NCBI GenBank assembly: GCA_018303825.1
Contig: JAGVXK010000018.1
Location: 1 to 64,000, forward strand
Length of the DNA: 64,000 nucleotides
Direction: 5' to 3'
Source: Candidatus Pacearchaeota archaeon
Lineage (GTDB): Archaea > Nanobdellota > Nanobdellia > Pacearchaeales > GW2011-AR1
Shown here: in pieces, positions 54,241 through 64,000 of the stretch
How positions within the stretch are numbered: the stretch's first letter is position 1
Layout: every line of letters begins with the position of its first letter
The notes under the pieces: generated by a model
Told to the model about the DNA's origin: nothing
The model's input: the letters and a program-made list of their open reading frames with translations, nothing else
Database searches by the model: none
Made by a program: the position numbers and the translations under genes

Positions 54241-56072
54241 TAAATAATAAAAGAGCACAGCTGGCAATATTTGTTATTATTGCAATAGTATTGGTCGCCG
54301 GGATAGGAGCTTACTTTTTGATAAAAGGCAAGATTGGACCTGGTGCAGTCAGTTCTGAGTTTTCAAGTGTTTATGAATATTATTCTTCATGCATTCAGGA
54401 AAAGACCTCTCAAGCTGTTGATATAGCGGGAAGCCAGGGCGGGAAAATAGATGTTGGCAATTACATTCTTGGAAGCGAGTATGCTCCATTTTCTTCCCAT
54501 TTGAACTTTTTGGGTTTTCCAGTCCCCTATTGGTTTTATGTTTCTGGAAATGGGGTTGTAAAAGAGAATGTCCCTTCTAAGGGCGATATACAGAATGAAA
54601 TTGCTGATTACATAGAGAATAATATTGGAAATTGTGATTACGAATCTTTTTATGCAAAAGGTATAACTATTAAATTTGGAAATCCTGTTGTAAAGGCAAC
54701 TATTAATGATAACAGCGTTTCTGTTAGTGTGAGTGCAAAAGTTGTAGTTAGCAAAGGTGGTCAGACTTCCAGCAAAAACTCGTATAGTGTTAATGTGAAC
54801 AGCAAATTTGGAAAGTTTTATGATATCGCCCAAAATATTTATAATAAAGAAAAGATTGATGCATTTTTGGAAAATTACACAGTTGATGTTTTAAGATTAT
54901 ATGCTCCTGTTGATGGTGTTGAAACAAGCTGTAGCCCTAAGGTCTGGAAAACATTGGATGTTGAAAATGATTTGAAAGATGGTTTAGAGGCAAACATTGC
55001 CGCGATTAAGTTCAGGAGTACAGGGGACAAGTATTTTGTTGCCGGAAATGTTGATGAGAATGTTAATTTGATTTATTCAAGGAATTGGCCGACCAAACTG
55101 CAGATTATCGGAAATAATGTTGATAATGCTTTGATGATTGCACAGCCTCTTGGAAGCGAGCAGGGATTGAATTTGATGGGATTCTGCTATATTCCATATC
55201 ATTTTGTTTATGATTTAAGTTTCCCAGTAATGGTGCAGATTTATGATGATAACGAAATCTTCCAGTTTCCAGTGGTTGTTATAATAGATAAGAATGTTCC
55301 CAGAACAGCAGAACTTGTTAATTATTCACAAGAACAAGATTTTGATCTGTGTGTATTTAAAACGCAGGATGCCACAATTGGAATTTACAATGTTGATTTG
55401 AATAGAGTTAATGCAAATCTTACCTACAAGTGTTTGAATCAGGAATGCAATCTTGGAGAAACAACCAATGGGGAGTTTACAGGGAAGGTTCCTGCTTGTG
55501 TAAATGGACTGGTGGTTGCAAGAGCAAATGGATATGCTGAGAAGAAACAAATATTCTCAACTAATTCTGAATCTAGCACACAATTAATTTTAGACAGGGA
55601 ATATAATGTAGAAGTCAGTGTAGATGTTGGTTTAAAGGAATTCAATCAAAATGCCATTATTGCTTTTGAAAATAACGATACAGGGCAGATAGTAAGTGCT
55701 ATTCTTCCAGGTGTTAAAAATGTCAAATTGACAGAAGGCAATTATCTTATCAAGGTTTATGCTTACGGGAATTCAAGCATAGTTATTCCAGAAAGCAAGA
55801 AGACAGAATGCAGAGATATTCCTAAACCAGGTATATTTGGATTCTTTGGAGGCACTGAGGAGAAATGCTTTGATGTGACCATTCCAAGTACAAGAGTAGA
55901 TTCTGCTCTGATTGGTGGTGGAAAAGTATATACATATTTCTTGACAAGTGATTTGGAAAAAGGAAAAATAAAATTAAAAGCAGATGAATTGCCGAAACCA
56001 ACAACCATTGAACAACTACAATACAATTTTGAAAGTTTCGATTCATTAAATTTGGGGGTTGAATTTGAATAA
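54237..56072 (+). CDS. Large class III signal-peptide protein (611 aa)
   Basis: MINNKRA|QLAIFVIIAIV; C..E....A....G..GG pattern; Cys pairs. Confidence 0.8.
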   Translation: MINNKRAQLAIFVIIAIVLVAGIGAYFLIKGKIGPGAVSSEFSSVYEYYSSCIQEKTSQAVDIAGSQGGKIDVGNYILGSEYAPFSSHLNFLGFPVPYWFYVSGNGVVKENVPSKGDIQNEIADYIENNIGNCDYESFYAKGITIKFGNPVVKATINDNSVSVSVSAKVVVSKGGQTSSKNSYSVNVNSKFGKFYDIAQNIYNKEKIDAFLENYTVDVLRLYAPVDGVETSCSPKVWKTLDVENDLKDGLEANIAAIKFRSTGDKYFVAGNVDENVNLIYSRNWPTKLQIIGNNVDNALMIAQPLGSEQGLNLMGFCYIPYHFVYDLSFPVMVQIYDDNEIFQFPVVVIIDKNVPRTAELVNYSQEQDFDLCVFKTQDATIGIYNVDLNRVNANLTYKCLNQECNLGETTNGEFTGKVPACVNGLVVARANGYAEKKQIFSTNSESSTQLILDREYNVEVSVDVGLKEFNQNAIIAFENNDTGQIVSAILPGVKNVKLTEGNYLIKVYAYGNSSIVIPESKKTECRDIPKPGIFGFFGGTEEKCFDVTIPSTRVDSALIGGGKVYTYFLTSDLEKGKIKLKADELPKPTTIEQLQYNFESFDSLNLGVEFE

Positions 56073-59000
56073 TGGCCTTTAGAAAAGCCCAGGGAAAGCT
56101 AAGGTTCATTAGTGAAAGGACGATGGTCAATAAATTGTTGATGTTGATGTTAATTGTTATAATTGGATTGGTACTTGGAGCTAATTATGTGGGTGCGGAT
56201 TATACTTCTTCATTCGCAGGATATGGCAGCAGCTATTCAAGCGCAAGTTATCAATACCAACCAAGCTTTCAGACTTACTATGGAAATGATGTGAATACTT
56301 ATTGGCCCATATTAAATGATAAAGATGTCTGCAAAGCAAGGCAGGATATGCTTTTACAAGTATCACCTGCAGGATGCCAGCCAATGGTTGTGAGAAGCGA
56401 TTTATTGGCTGATCAGAATGTGCCGGTATTTTGCCAGATTGATGCACTGCAGGTTAATCCTTTGATTGACATAAAAGAAATCAAAAACATAAATTTCAGA
56501 GGAAATTATCCCAAAGAAGTTGCAGGAGTTGGATTTCATCCAGCAAGGGCTGCATTGAATACAAGAGACAGGCTTCTAGGAAGTCCATTAATAAATAACA
56601 TTGGATATGTGGTAGTTATCCTTAAACAAACTAAGAACGAGAGCTCATTGCCTAAATTCGTTAATCTGACTTTGACTGGAAAGTTAGAATATAATGCAGG
56701 AAATGCATATGGAATAGGCACAAATGAATTTTATCTTGAGCCTACAGATGATAATCAATGGGAAAATGCGAAGATCGCGAATAGTTTTTGGAATGGAAGA
56801 TATTTCATAAGATTATATGATGTCGATGAAACTTCTGCTTTAGTCTCGATATATGATGGGGACAGGGAAATTTCTAAGACGAGAATAAAACTTGGAGAGA
56901 CTTCAGCTCCAATGTATCTTCCTGGAAGTTACTGTTCTTTTGGTCTGACGACAACTTATACAGGGCTTGCACAGTCTGATAAAAAAGCCAGAATAGAGAT
57001 AAGCGATGAAAAAGGAACAAATAATCTTGATGTTTATCAGGGAAGCGAGTTTTTGAATGGAAGATGCAGAGTGAGCGAGATATTAGTAGATTCACAGACA
57101 GGAAGCACGGGAAGTGTAAAGATTGCATGCGATAGTGATTTGATAAAATTGGAAATGAGGCCAAATCTATATGTTGAGAATCTGCCGTATGGAAGAACAA
57201 GTTTCAATGACATAGGAGCGAATAAGCAGGAATGCAAAGTTGATTTCAACGATGAAAAGAGTTATAGAATAACAAGAGATGTGGTTAAGGAAGCCAGCGG
57301 TGATTCTTATAGTTCCTGGACTACTTTGGAGATTTACAGTAATGATAAAAAAGATTGGACAAGTAGTTTCAGCTTGGATGATGCAACTAAAGACAAGATA
57401 AGGAATGCACTTGCGAATGCATGTGATTTCAGAGATGATAAATTCTTGACTTCTGATGGAAAAACAGTCAATGATGTTGCAGAGAAAGCGTTCAATGATG
57501 CAATTGATTCATATGAAGAAGTTGCGAAGGATTATACTTCTGAGAGACAGGCTGCTACAGAGGGAGTTGCCAGATATGGAGAACTGGCATTAAGAGCTGC
57601 TCTTGATTTGGTTCAAGAGGCAACTTCAAAGAATTACGCAAAGAAGGAAACAAAATCAAGGTTATTGAATTTGTTCATTAGTTTATATCCTGAGAGTGCA
57701 AAGTTATATCAGAGCCAGAGGGATGCACTATATCAATTAGATTCTAGTATCTCAACTAAATCTGTGAATGTCGATAATAAGTTCAGGACAATAAGACTTG
57801 TAAGCTTAAATAATCCTGAAAGCGCAAATGAAAAGGCGAAGGCTAAGTTTACTTATGGCGGCAGAATTCTTGAATTAGTTAAAGGAGAAGCTAAGCCATT
57901 AAAGACAAATGCAATGATTAATGTCACAAGCTTCGATGCTTTGCATGCAACTATAAGAACCAACTGCGTTACAAAGGATAATGGATATGAAATAAAGACT
58001 GAAAGCGGGAAGCCAGTCTATCAGTCTTCTATAACTCTCAGCCTTGGAGAAAGCGAGAATGTGTGCGGAGAGCCTCTTGTCTTCAAAGATACTGATTTGA
58101 AGAAAGTTGCTAAGATAAGAATCAGCCCTACTGCGTATGGCCCTGAAACAGAGACAAATATATCTGTCAAGATTGGAATTGAAAAGAGAGCAATACAATT
58201 GAGTCCTGAAAAGACAAAAGATATGATTCTTAATATAAATAAGAGCATACAAAAATGGGAAAGCATTTCAAAGAGTTTAGTAAAGGTAGAAACAGGGTTG
58301 AAGGCAGCTTGTTTTGCAACTTCTGCTGTGCTGACTGTCAAGACTTTCCTTTATGGGATAGATGGAACTGCCACCGCAAGACAGAAAGTGATGACTGGAG
58401 ATTATGGGTGGAACAAGAGATGCAACGATGCGATAACTAAGAAGTGGCTTGATGTAAATGCAAATGGTGGAGAATTTGAACAGGGAATAGACAAGAATGT
58501 TAATTATGGAAGCATAATACAATGCATAAATGATAATACTGCATCAATTGAAAAGGATGTTCAAACTACGAAGAATGCTCTGGTAGATACAAATAAAGTT
58601 GTGAAGGTTGCTCAGGATAGCGCCACCACTAAGGGAATATTAAATCAAGATTTGGCTACCAAGGCAATGATAGATAAAATAGGAGCAGACTGCAAGCAAT
58701 TTATAGAATTGCTTCCTGCAGTTGTTAGAGATTCAAAGACTACAATTTATCCAGTTACATTATCTCAATCTAGAGATATTTATGCGAATTGCCTGATGCT
58801 GAAACAGAATCCGAATGATCAGAATGCTCTTCTTTCTATGAAATCATTTTCAGAAAATGCGAAAAATACAATGACAGATTATGAGAAATTTGCAAGGTCT
58901 CAGGCATCAAATGATATTCTCCCTATAAATACTGGAACTGGAACAGCATTGAAAGGGAAGTTCTACCCAATTGTAGGAAATACCATTGGAGAAATACCAG

Positions 59001-62000
59001 TAAGCGGGGCGAGCATACCAGCAGGAGCAACTCATGCAGTAAGATTAGATAATCCCGCAACTATAGAATATGATAATGGCATCTGGGGCAAAGTATCTAT
59101 TGGAGCACCATTTATAGTTGTTGGAACAGAATTGAATGGGAAGTTGCGACCTCTCGATGTATTCAAGTATGAACCTAAGTTTGAAAATGGAAAAGTGACT
59201 TCTGCAGTTATTTCTCAGATACCAAGTGAGAGTTATCAGGGTTCTAGTGGTGCTAGTTTGTTTATGTCAAAAAATGGCTATACAGGATTTGAAGAATTCG
59301 GGCAAGGACTTTATGGAAATACTATAAGAGAACAGGACAGAGCAGTATTATATTTTATATCTGGGCCCGATAAGGATTTGCCAAGCCAGGTTCCATTTGA
59401 TGTTAACAATGGATGGTATGTAAAGGTTCAGGCGAGTTCATTTAGTCTTGGGAGCAATGCAGTAAAGAGTTATGATGCTTCTGGATTGCCTAAAGACTGG
59501 CAGATATGCAATGTTGGAAGCGATGGAATGATAGGAAGTAATGATGATTGCCAGGCATTTAATCAGGCTTCTCTTGGAGCTACTATTCTTGGATTAGATG
59601 CAAAAACTTCGCAGGATTTGGTGCAGAAGTCCCAAAAAGCAATTTTGGATGCTGCTTCTCAAAAGAATACAAATACAAAACAAGTGAGCATATTTGGGCA
59701 GCCAATGAGAGTTGATTTCCAGAATCCAATGGAGAATGTACAATGCTCTAACTTTATGACTGCCGGAGATTGTAAATTATTATTCAATGTCTGCGACCCA
59801 GTTATATGTCCTGCGAGCAGATGCAATCTTGGAGGGGCTTATAGGGTAGCGAATGTTCAACAGACAGGAATTGTGGGCTCTGCATTATTGTGTTTGCCAA
59901 ATGCAAGAGAAGGAATTCTTCTTCCTGTTTGCGTTTCGGGAATTAGAAATGGAATCGATGCTTATGTTTCTTTATTGAAACAACATAGAGATTGTTTACA
60001 GCAGAATTTAGACACTGGAGAATTAGTTGGAGTTTGCGATGAAATACAATCTATTTATACTTGCGAGTTCTTCTGGAGACAGGTGGCTCCTATTGCTAGT
60101 ATGTTATTGCCTAAATTGGTTGAAAATGTTTATTCTGGAGGACAGGGAACAGGTGTTAATGGGGGAGGAGAATATTTATTCGTTCCTCAAGCATGGGATA
60201 ATGCAAAGAATAGCATGGACTACTTTACTAATTATTATGCGGAGAATACATTTAAAGCATTCCAAATAAGAAGTGTTGAAGAAGCAGGAACAGAAGTTTG
60301 CAGAGGATTTGTTTCTTTGAAAGCTCCAACATCTATAAAGACTTTATTAGAACCGGATAGTCCTCCTCAGTTTTATGCAAGATTTGATTCAACCACTTTC
60401 TCGACGGTAACTGTGCCTGCCACTGCACAGTATAAAGTATTTTACTTTATCAATGCAGGAAATGATGCAGGAGTTTATTATTCAGTTTATTTGAAGAGTC
60501 CTCCTGAATCAGGATATTATTATTCAAATCCAACAATTCAGATAGCAAATGGATATATTTCTAAAGGACAAAGTTCGAGTCAGACTTTGGATAAGACTGC
60601 TCCTGAAGGATATAAAGAGCTATGTGTAAGAATAAATAATGAAGAAGAATGCGGGTTCAAACAGGTTTCAACAGACTTCAGCGTAAATTATCTTAGAGAC
60701 CAGTACGCAAAAGACCAGCTTACTAACACAAATATTCAAACTCAGGCAGAATGTGTATCTGGAACATCTAGTCTTGCAGCTGTTGGGGCTAATTTGAACT
60801 TGCAGTCTGCCGCTCAGGAGGCGGCAATGCCTGATATTTCTCAGAGAGGGATAGTAAGAATATGTGCAACATTGAATCCTGGAGGTAGCACAGACCCTAC
60901 AAGATATATTCCTGTTGGAATTTGCGGCGATGCTAATTTGAAGTGCTGGCTCGACAAGACAAGTGTAAACAATGCAATAACTGATGCTAATCTCGGAGTG
61001 AAGAATGCAACCTTACAAGAGTTAGAGCAAACGAATATTGATGCTCTTATTGCACAAGGAGAAATTCTAAATAATGAAGTGGCTGTTTCAAGCATAAAAG
61101 AAATAAATAACAGAAAAGATATTTTAAGGGCGAATTTAGATTCTAATAAGAATATTATCAGCGATGCACAAGCCTTGGAATTGTCAATTAATGATTTGTA
61201 TGGCAAGCTGGTATTGAATAATCATAAGGCATGGCTGTTGCTTATAAGGGCTGAGGTAAAAGCAATGGAAGCTGAATATTATATGAAGAATATAGCTACA
61301 AAGACATTACCTTTAAGCAGAGTCAGCAGCACAACAACCGCTGGAATAACACAAACACATAGCATAAGTTTTGCCCAGGATATAGATGCTGCAACAGGAA
61401 TGGATGTCACAAGAATATTTATAGATAGAAACCCTGACAGTTATTATTATATCTATAATGATCCTGAAAGAGGAAATATATTATACACTAATAAAATAAG
61501 TGGACCAAATACTCAAGAAGATAATCAGGTTGGAACAGTAGACAGAAGCAATATAATACAAGTTTATGCGAGTTATGCAGGAGATACAGATTTAAGCGTA
61601 ATAAATGGGCAGAGATTAACATTTGATAATTCTGGAATTCCGCAAGCATTAACAGTGAAAACAACTGCTCCTGCGGCGTCAGCAGCTGCAACAACTGCAA
61701 ATGAATTAGTATTTACTTTCCAAGATGGCACAATTTCTTGGAACTTAGAATATAGATTTCACAATGGTAAATGGCAGGCTACAAATGGGGGTGTACTTAC
61801 AACAATACCTAATCCTTTACCACAAAGTTATAGAGATGCGTTTACTGCTACCACTGTTGCAAGTATGGAAAAACTTTCTAAAGCAAGTTCGCTTCAGGAA
61901 GGATTGAAGATATTAATAGATAGAACATTGGCAAATAATGAAGGAGGATGGTTTGCAAATACTGATTTACTTGCTGGCAAATTCGATTTGGATAGTAAGG

Positions 62001-62227
62001 GAGAGTTTACAAGTTCTTCTATTAGTGGGATTAATTCCATTTATCGATATGGTTCGAATGGGTGGGAATATTATGCTTCAGGCACAAATCGTGTCTGGAT
62101 TCCGGTAAAGGATTTAGTTATTTCTAAGGATAAGATGAATCTTGTTTTTGACAGTGATAAGACTCTTGTTAATCAATTATCAAATCAAGATTTCTATGGT
62201 GGTGCGTTGATATTGTTTAGTTCTTAA
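56072..62227 (+). CDS. Giant 2,051-aa Cys-rich exported/surface protein
   Basis: TAATG overlap with the previous gene; hydrophobic N-terminal segment; Cys clusters (CDPVICPASRC, C.Q..C.E..C); Ala/Thr linkers. Confidence 0.85.
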   Translation: MAFRKAQGKLRFISERTMVNKLLMLMLIVIIGLVLGANYVGADYTSSFAGYGSSYSSASYQYQPSFQTYYGNDVNTYWPILNDKDVCKARQDMLLQVSPAGCQPMVVRSDLLADQNVPVFCQIDALQVNPLIDIKEIKNINFRGNYPKEVAGVGFHPARAALNTRDRLLGSPLINNIGYVVVILKQTKNESSLPKFVNLTLTGKLEYNAGNAYGIGTNEFYLEPTDDNQWENAKIANSFWNGRYFIRLYDVDETSALVSIYDGDREISKTRIKLGETSAPMYLPGSYCSFGLTTTYTGLAQSDKKARIEISDEKGTNNLDVYQGSEFLNGRCRVSEILVDSQTGSTGSVKIACDSDLIKLEMRPNLYVENLPYGRTSFNDIGANKQECKVDFNDEKSYRITRDVVKEASGDSYSSWTTLEIYSNDKKDWTSSFSLDDATKDKIRNALANACDFRDDKFLTSDGKTVNDVAEKAFNDAIDSYEEVAKDYTSERQAATEGVARYGELALRAALDLVQEATSKNYAKKETKSRLLNLFISLYPESAKLYQSQRDALYQLDSSISTKSVNVDNKFRTIRLVSLNNPESANEKAKAKFTYGGRILELVKGEAKPLKTNAMINVTSFDALHATIRTNCVTKDNGYEIKTESGKPVYQSSITLSLGESENVCGEPLVFKDTDLKKVAKIRISPTAYGPETETNISVKIGIEKRAIQLSPEKTKDMILNINKSIQKWESISKSLVKVETGLKAACFATSAVLTVKTFLYGIDGTATARQKVMTGDYGWNKRCNDAITKKWLDVNANGGEFEQGIDKNVNYGSIIQCINDNTASIEKDVQTTKNALVDTNKVVKVAQDSATTKGILNQDLATKAMIDKIGADCKQFIELLPAVVRDSKTTIYPVTLSQSRDIYANCLMLKQNPNDQNALLSMKSFSENAKNTMTDYEKFARSQASNDILPINTGTGTALKGKFYPIVGNTIGEIPVSGASIPAGATHAVRLDNPATIEYDNGIWGKVSIGAPFIVVGTELNGKLRPLDVFKYEPKFENGKVTSAVISQIPSESYQGSSGASLFMSKNGYTGFEEFGQGLYGNTIREQDRAVLYFISGPDKDLPSQVPFDVNNGWYVKVQASSFSLGSNAVKSYDASGLPKDWQICNVGSDGMIGSNDDCQAFNQASLGATILGLDAKTSQDLVQKSQKAILDAASQKNTNTKQVSIFGQPMRVDFQNPMENVQCSNFMTAGDCKLLFNVCDPVICPASRCNLGGAYRVANVQQTGIVGSALLCLPNAREGILLPVCVSGIRNGIDAYVSLLKQHRDCLQQNLDTGELVGVCDEIQSIYTCEFFWRQVAPIASMLLPKLVENVYSGGQGTGVNGGGEYLFVPQAWDNAKNSMDYFTNYYAENTFKAFQIRSVEEAGTEVCRGFVSLKAPTSIKTLLEPDSPPQFYARFDSTTFSTVTVPATAQYKVFYFINAGNDAGVYYSVYLKSPPESGYYYSNPTIQIANGYISKGQSSSQTLDKTAPEGYKELCVRINNEEECGFKQVSTDFSVNYLRDQYAKDQLTNTNIQTQAECVSGTSSLAAVGANLNLQSAAQEAAMPDISQRGIVRICATLNPGGSTDPTRYIPVGICGDANLKCWLDKTSVNNAITDANLGVKNATLQELEQTNIDALIAQGEILNNEVAVSSIKEINNRKDILRANLDSNKNIISDAQALELSINDLYGKLVLNNHKAWLLLIRAEVKAMEAEYYMKNIATKTLPLSRVSSTTTAGITQTHSISFAQDIDAATGMDVTRIFIDRNPDSYYYIYNDPERGNILYTNKISGPNTQEDNQVGTVDRSNIIQVYASYAGDTDLSVINGQRLTFDNSGIPQALTVKTTAPAASAAATTANELVFTFQDGTISWNLEYRFHNGKWQATNGGVLTTIPNPLPQSYRDAFTATTVASMEKLSKASSLQEGLKILIDRTLANNEGGWFANTDLLAGKFDLDSKGEFTSSSISGINSIYRYGSNGWEYYASGTNRVWIPVKDLVISKDKMNLVFDSDKTLVNQLSNQDFYGGALILFSS

Positions 62228-62254
62228 TGATATTGTTGAATATATTAAAAGTGT

Positions 62255-62276
62255 GAGATGCGGGGACTAAACCCTG
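62255..62276 (+). terminator. Possible hairpin downstream of the giant gene
   Basis: ATGCGGGG-ACTAAA-CCCTGCAT, 8-bp stem with one G-U; coordinates approximate. Confidence 0.25.
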
Positions 62277-62331
62277 CATTGGTTGGCATTTTAATGGGTT
62301 TGATTTTCTCTTGTGATAAGTAAGGTTTAAA

Positions 62332-62360
62332 TAGCATATGTATTATTTTTACATATGCTA
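62332..62360. promoter_or_regulatory. Operator-like perfect inverted repeat over the arsR start codon
   Basis: TAGCATATGTA-N7-TACATATGCTA (11-7-11) just after AAGGTTTAAATA. Confidence 0.7.
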
Positions 62361-62729
62361 CAAAGATACATATTAGAGCATGCTCATAAACATGGATTGT
62401 CTGAGAATGAGATTTATTTCACATATAAAATCTTTTTTGGCACGCTTGTTTCAGAGTCGAGATTAAGGATAATCAATCTTTTGAGAAGTGGGGAAAAGAA
62501 TGTCTCAGAGATAATAAAAGAATTGAATATGAATCAATCAAATGTATCGCATGATCTTTTCAGGCTAAAAAAATGTGGTTTTGTACTCGTTGAGGCTAAA
62601 AAGCAATATAGATATTATAAGCTTAATGAAAAGACAATTAGACCACTTATGGCTTTGATAGATAAACACATGGCCGAATATTGCATCCACATATTCAGAG
62701 CAGACAAGGAGACTAAAAATGGAGAATAA
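62355..62729 (+). CDS. ArsR/SmtB-family transcriptional regulator
   Basis: SRLRIINLL, NVSEI, QSNVSHDL..L..CG.V, YY.LN. Confidence 0.88.
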   Translation: MLQRYILEHAHKHGLSENEIYFTYKIFFGTLVSESRLRIINLLRSGEKNVSEIIKELNMNQSNVSHDLFRLKKCGFVLVEAKKQYRYYKLNEKTIRPLMALIDKHMAEYCIHIFRADKETKNGE

Positions 62730-63210
62730 AAATGTTGGATGGATGTTATTAGGAATATCTGTTGTAATAGGAGTATTTATCTTTTTATTCAATAGCACAT
62801 TGATGGGGGCTGTAAAAAATGCCTGTTTTATACAGCACGGAGATTTCAAATCTTGCGAGATGTATGACAGTGTGAATTATCAGACTTATTTTGCTCTTGG
62901 TATCACGGGTATAATGGTAATTGTCAGTTTGTTTCTGATATTCTCGAAGTCGAACGAAAAGATAATAGTCAAGAAAGTAAAAGAGAAGAAGATTCAAAAA
63001 GAAGTCAATCTTTCATCTTTTAGACCTGAAGAAAAGCAAGTTTATAATCTTGTCAAAGAAAATGGTGCTATTTTTCAGGGAGATTTAATTGAAAAGACTG
63101 AATTTAGCAAAGCCAAAATGACAAGGATTGTTGACAAACTTGAGGGCAGCGGTCTTGTGGAAAGAAAAAGAAGGGGCATGACGAATGTTGTCGTGCTAAA
63201 GGAAGATTAA
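62719..63210 (+). CDS. Two-TM membrane protein with C-terminal winged HTH
   Basis: GAIFQGDL......SKAKMTRI..KLE..GLVERKRRGMTN.V. Confidence 0.8.
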   Translation: MENKNVGWMLLGISVVIGVFIFLFNSTLMGAVKNACFIQHGDFKSCEMYDSVNYQTYFALGITGIMVIVSLFLIFSKSNEKIIVKKVKEKKIQKEVNLSSFRPEEKQVYNLVKENGAIFQGDLIEKTEFSKAKMTRIVDKLEGSGLVERKRRGMTNVVVLKED

Positions 63211-63225
63211 TAAGATGGAGAAATC

Positions 63226-63468
63226 ATGAAAGAAAAAGAAAGCAATATTGTCCTTGCAGTAGTGATTGTTTTAGTTATCTTGTTATTTTTTGGAGGATTT
63301 GGCATGATGGGTTTTTGGGGAGCAGGAATGATAAGTGGATTTTTTGGTGGATTTGGGTTTATGTGGATATTTGGATGGATGATTACGATATTAATATTAG
63401 TGGCTCTAATCCTATTCATTTTGTGGTTAGTTAAACAGTTACAAGGAGGTAAAAAGAAAAATGGGTGA
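63226..63468 (+). CDS. Small Gly-rich membrane protein
   Basis: FGGFGMMG..G.GM..G.FGGFGFMW. Confidence 0.7.
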   Translation: MKEKESNIVLAVVIVLVILLFFGGFGMMGFWGAGMISGFFGGFGFMWIFGWMITILILVALILFILWLVKQLQGGKKKNG

Positions 63469-63724
63469 TAAATTAGATGCGAAAAAGGCAGGATTAGCTT
63501 TGGCTATTGTAGCAGGTATTGCTTATATTGCCTGTGCGATATTAGTTGCAGTTGCGCCGCTGGGAACAGTCAATGTGCTCGGGGCCTTATTTCATGGGAT
63601 AGATATAAGCGAGATAGCAACTACACCAACTCTTGGAAGAACATTTTTGGGATTGATTGAGATATTTGTACTTGGTTATATTCTCGGCTGGTTGTTCGGA
63701 GTTATTTACAATAAAATAAAGTAG
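63461..63724 (+). CDS. DUF5676-like small membrane protein
   Basis: Y..C...V...P, LFHGID, G..FG.IYN. Confidence 0.7.
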   Translation: MGDKLDAKKAGLALAIVAGIAYIACAILVAVAPLGTVNVLGALFHGIDISEIATTPTLGRTFLGLIEIFVLGYILGWLFGVIYNKIK

Positions 63725-63768
63725 TTTTGCGAACATTTATATTTGTTATTTTTTATATATTTGCAAAG

Positions 63769-64000
63769 ATGACAGAATTAAGTAATTTTTTTAATCCTTG
63801 GATGGTATTTAGCATGATATTTTTACTAATTTGGATTATATTTTTTGTTTTCGCTAAAAAATCGAGGAAAGAGATGTTTTTGACAAGCATTCTAACAGCT
63901 CCATTTGGTTTAACAGAGATTTTATTTGTTCCCGAATATTGGAACCCTCCATCTTTATTCAATCTCGCAGCAAAAACACGATTTGATATAGAAAGCATAA
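63769..64000 (+). CDS. Membrane protein, partial at window edge (lycopene-cyclase-domain-like family)
   Basis: Open frame MTELSNFFNPW...TAPFGLTEILFVPEYWNPPSLF.LA....FDIES runs off the end. Confidence 0.65.
   Translation, partial: MTELSNFFNPWMVFSMIFLLIWIIFFVFAKKSRKEMFLTSILTAPFGLTEILFVPEYWNPPSLFNLAAKTRFDIESI

Noticed and set aside
275-63998. Many antisense or nested ORFs in the track (e.g. 275-625, 2554-2937, 5876-6289, 17980-18537, 47521-48048, 60841-61206)
   Set aside because: They shadow well-supported genes on the other strand or frame and have no motifs.

Overview
64 kb of AT-rich archaeal DNA. The gene content (RadA, SRP54/FtsY, eS1/eL42/eS27, aIF2-alpha, Bud32, GINS, BHB tRNA intron), the shortened housekeeping proteins and the lack of biosynthetic genes point to a DPANN archaeon, probably Pacearchaeota-like (inference). 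The backbone is information-processing genes plus four tRNAs (Arg-GCG, Gln-TTG, intron-containing Thr-TGT, Val-GAC). Accessory content: (i) the tail and right-end hairpin of an IS200 element at the window start, with a matching 40-bp palindrome at 46.5 kb; (ii) a 3,491-bp IS6-like cargo transposon (9887-13377; 24-bp inverted repeats, 9-bp target duplication) carrying a ThaI-like restriction-modification pair, a DUF4145 gene and an unannotated Zn-finger microprotein; (iii) a 1,114-bp IS6 element with a DUF2080 gene inserted in a decayed LAGLIDADG endonuclease gene whose restored 3' end overlaps tRNA-Gln; (iv) a type IV pilus-like locus (ATPase, platform protein, ten class III signal-peptide genes, prepilin peptidase); (v) an operon ending in a 2,051-aa Cys-rich exported protein; (vi) a NUDIX-NDK chimera and several recently broken genes. 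The most novel-looking signal is that both IS6-like elements sit in the same orientation 15-16 bp upstream of a BRE/TATA-like box, which suggests promoter-guided target selection (n=2, hypothesis only). No CRISPR array or rRNA was seen. Family names are from motif recognition, not database searches.
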